A stretch of DNA of 25,914 bases from a virus (lineage: Duplodnaviria; Caudoviricetes): the IMG/VR virus record IMGVR_UViG_3300030095_005044, positions 1 to 25,914 of that record. The stretch is one strand, 5' to 3'. Under the pieces are notes generated by a model. That model was not told the DNA's origin and did no database searches. It worked only from the letters and a program-made list of their open reading frames with translations. The position numbers were made by a program, and so were the translations under genes. Of the stretch, positions 25,274 to 25,914 are shown in pieces. Position 1 is the first letter of the stretch. Each line of letters begins with the position of its first letter.

Positions 25274-25914
25274 TTACGCTGCAATATCAGTCCATGTTGT
25301 TTGTGAACCAGTATTTACCTCACTATAAGACACAGTACTACCGGTGTCAACACTTCCCCAAGCAATAGCACTTGCTAATCCTAGACCTGAAGTAATACCT
25401 AAACCAGTAGGTTTTATTACAGCTGTTTGTTTTGTTGTTATATTTCCTAATGAAGACGTTATTGCTAAACCTACAATATCTACCTTAGATATAACCTCTA
25501 CTGAACCTAAACCTGAAGATATAGAAAATCCAGTAGGTCTAATTGTTATATCAGTAAATGCTCTAAATGTAGACCCAAACCCAACATTTATTTGTTGACC
25601 AGTTAAGCTTACGTCTGCACTACCTGGTGTCGTAGCAGGGTTGACTGCTGATGTTATTTGAACACCTGATAATGAAACTGTTTCAAAATTTGTTACTACA
25701 GGACTTCCAGTAGATAAAGTAACAGGATTTGCGTTTACATGAACACCAATACCATCACCTGAAATATCAACTAAACCTATACCTGTAGTAACTGTATTTG
25801 TAATTTTTTGAGGAATAGCATTTGCTTGTATTGTTACTCCACCTATTGAAACTGAAATTGGTAATCCAGCAGGTGCAGCAGAATAAGCAACTCCCCATCC
25901 AAGATTACCCCAAG
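25274..25914 (-). CDS. Tail/virion structural protein, 5' end outside the window
   Basis: Not in ORF track; open frame from 25912 to TAA at 25274: WGNLGWGVAYSAAPAG...VSLTGQQI...PTGFSISSGLG...AWGSVDTG...TWTDIAA*, with repeated V-x-x-TG beta motifs. Confidence 0.75.
   Translation of the reverse strand, partial: WGNLGWGVAYSAAPAGLPISVSIGGVTIQANAIPQKITNTVTTGIGLVDISGDGIGVHVNANPVTLSTGSPVVTNFETVSLSGVQITSAVNPATTPGSADVSLTGQQINVGFGSTFRAFTDITIRPTGFSISSGLGSVEVISKVDIVGLAITSSLGNITTKQTAVIKPTGLGITSGLGLASAIAWGSVDTGSTVSYSEVNTGSQTTWTDIAA

Noticed and set aside
1-25914. Alternative genetic code, tRNA/ncRNA genes, introns or inteins
   Set aside because: Standard-code ORFs tile the window with gaps under about 70 bp; no cloverleaf, splicing motifs or interrupted genes seen.

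Overview
AT-rich (roughly one-third GC by eye), densely coding dsDNA bacteriophage fragment read in the standard code. The gene content looks like a marine podovirus of the SAR11/pelagiphage (uvMED-like) type; this is inference from composition and gene families. The left end holds replication genes: a truncated hypothetical gene, an SNF2-family helicase (the only supported + strand gene) and a PD-(D/E)XK exonuclease. The rest is a minus-strand virion module, transcribed right to left: tail protein; tail fibre/adaptor; three paralogous 12-repeat Kelch-like double beta-propeller proteins (one with an inserted blue-copper-like domain); two probable assembly proteins; four tandem 2OG-Fe(II) dioxygenases; tail nozzle; three small tail/basic proteins; a 69-aa protein; two glycosyltransferases; ejection/internal virion proteins with a GNAT-like protein; and a small membrane protein. 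The leading hypothesis is a phage-encoded system that hydroxylates and then glycosylates Pro/Ser/Thr-rich surface loops of the propeller proteins. Other highlights are the copper-site insertion, a GGI-x-x-L motif shared by two internal proteins, a GC-rich 16-mer shared in different reading frames by two genes, and probable leaderless promoters.
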